Assembly: GCA_963675745.2 (NCBI GenBank)
Contig: CAXXWX010000019.1
Coordinates: 1-64,000 of the forward strand
DNA length: 64,000 bases
Origin: Phycisphaerae bacterium
Lineage (GTDB): Bacteria > Planctomycetota > Phycisphaerae > UBA1845 > Fen-1342
Direction: 5' to 3'
The notes under the pieces were generated by a model. The model saw nothing but the letters and a program-made list of their open reading frames with translations. It did not search any database and was not told where the DNA came from. The position numbers were made by a program, and so were the translations under genes. Every line of letters begins with the position of its first letter. Position 1 is the stretch's first letter. This document shows positions 61,976 through 64,000 of this stretch, one piece after another.

Positions 61976-62962
61976 ATGAAATCGACCGCGCAGTATCTCG
62001 ACCCCGACGTGATCAGCCAGGTCACGCGCCTCGATCTGCGTGCCCGGTTCATTGTCGAGGGCTTTCTGGCCGGGCTGCACCGCTCTCCGTTCCACGGCTT
62101 CTCCGTCGAGTTTTCCGAGCACCGCAAGTACACGCCCGGCGATGATCTGCGCTCGATCGACTGGAACGTCTTTGCCCGCACCGATCGGCTGTACACGCGG
62201 CGCTACCAAGCCGAGACGCACCTCGCGTGCAACCTGCTGGTCGATACCTCGGCCAGCATGGGCTATGTGGGCGCGCTCAAAGACGGGCTGCCGGGGAACC
62301 CGACCGCCGAGAGCACGCCGGCATCAGCCAAGCTGAGCTACGCGATTCACCTGGCGGCAGCGCTTGGCTACCTGGTCGTACACCAGCAGGACGCCGTCGG
62401 TTTGGGAGTAATCAGCGACGGGCTGACACACCTGTTGCCCTCCCGCGCGCGGCGTGCCCATCTGGCCGAAATCCTCGGCGTGCTCAGCGCTATCGAGCCG
62501 AGCGGGGGAAGCCACACCGGCGAGCGGCCCGACGATACTCCCGCCGTACGCTTTGGCGCCGGGTTGATCAGCGGGATTCACGAGGCCGTGGCGCGCGTGC
62601 CCCAGCGCGGGTTGATCGTGCTGTTGAGTGACCTGATCGCCCCGCCCGACGCGCTGCTCGAGGCCCTGCACCACATTCGTTTCCGCGGACATGATCTGAT
62701 CGTGATGCACATTCTCGATGCGGCGGAAGTCCACTTCGACTTCGCCGGGAATGTCGAGCTTGAAGACCCCGAAACGCGCGGCCGGCTGCGCGCCGACGCG
62801 CCGGCCGTGCGCGAGCGCTACCGGGCCGAGCTGCAAAGCTGGCGCGAGAAGCTGGCCACAAACCTCGCCGAAGCGCGCATCGATTATGTCCCACTCGACA
62901 CATCCATGCCGTTCGACAGAGCGCTGACCGAATTCCTGGTCCAGCGCAGCCGCCGGCAGTAG
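61976..62962 (+). CDS. DUF58 (MoxR-associated vWA-like) protein
   Basis: GLHRSPFHGFSVEFSEHRKYTPGDDLRSIDW, VDTSASM, LLSDL. Confidence 0.92.
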   Translation: MKSTAQYLDPDVISQVTRLDLRARFIVEGFLAGLHRSPFHGFSVEFSEHRKYTPGDDLRSIDWNVFARTDRLYTRRYQAETHLACNLLVDTSASMGYVGALKDGLPGNPTAESTPASAKLSYAIHLAAALGYLVVHQQDAVGLGVISDGLTHLLPSRARRAHLAEILGVLSAIEPSGGSHTGERPDDTPAVRFGAGLISGIHEAVARVPQRGLIVLLSDLIAPPDALLEALHHIRFRGHDLIVMHILDAAEVHFDFAGNVELEDPETRGRLRADAPAVRERYRAELQSWREKLATNLAEARIDYVPLDTSMPFDRALTEFLVQRSRRQ

Positions 62963-62986
62963 CGGCCGCTACGCTTGAAACGAATG

Positions 62987-64000
<1,014 letters not shown>

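Overview
GC-rich bacterial chromosomal DNA. The gene content (TPR + double RNAP alpha-CTD protein, dockerin-tailed secreted enzymes, DUF58, HEAT and zinc-ribbon proteins) suggests a Planctomycetota (probably Phycisphaerae) genome; this is inference, not a database result. Housekeeping genes are dnaK (5'-truncated, 3' frameshift), aroF, nadE, pyrC, galE, mutS, neuA-neuB-neuC, folC, aroB, prkA, yeaH, metH, tgt, yajC and ligA (partial). Six dispersed secreted hydrolase-type proteins all end in the same ~62-aa duplicated Ca-binding dockerin-like module: two C25 gingipain-like peptidases, two S8 subtilases, a GH13 amylase and a putative papain-fold protein. The most unusual structure is at the prkA-yeaH locus. 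A four-helix-bundle gene sits between prkA and yeaH, bracketed by inverted arrays of 8/10-bp GGCAAC-type repeats that could form a 35/39-bp stem. A translationally coupled three-gene TIGR04255-type cassette follows yeaH, where spoVR would be expected. Several families of REP-like palindromes occupy intergenic spaces. I saw no rRNA, tRNA, CRISPR array, transposase or integrase.
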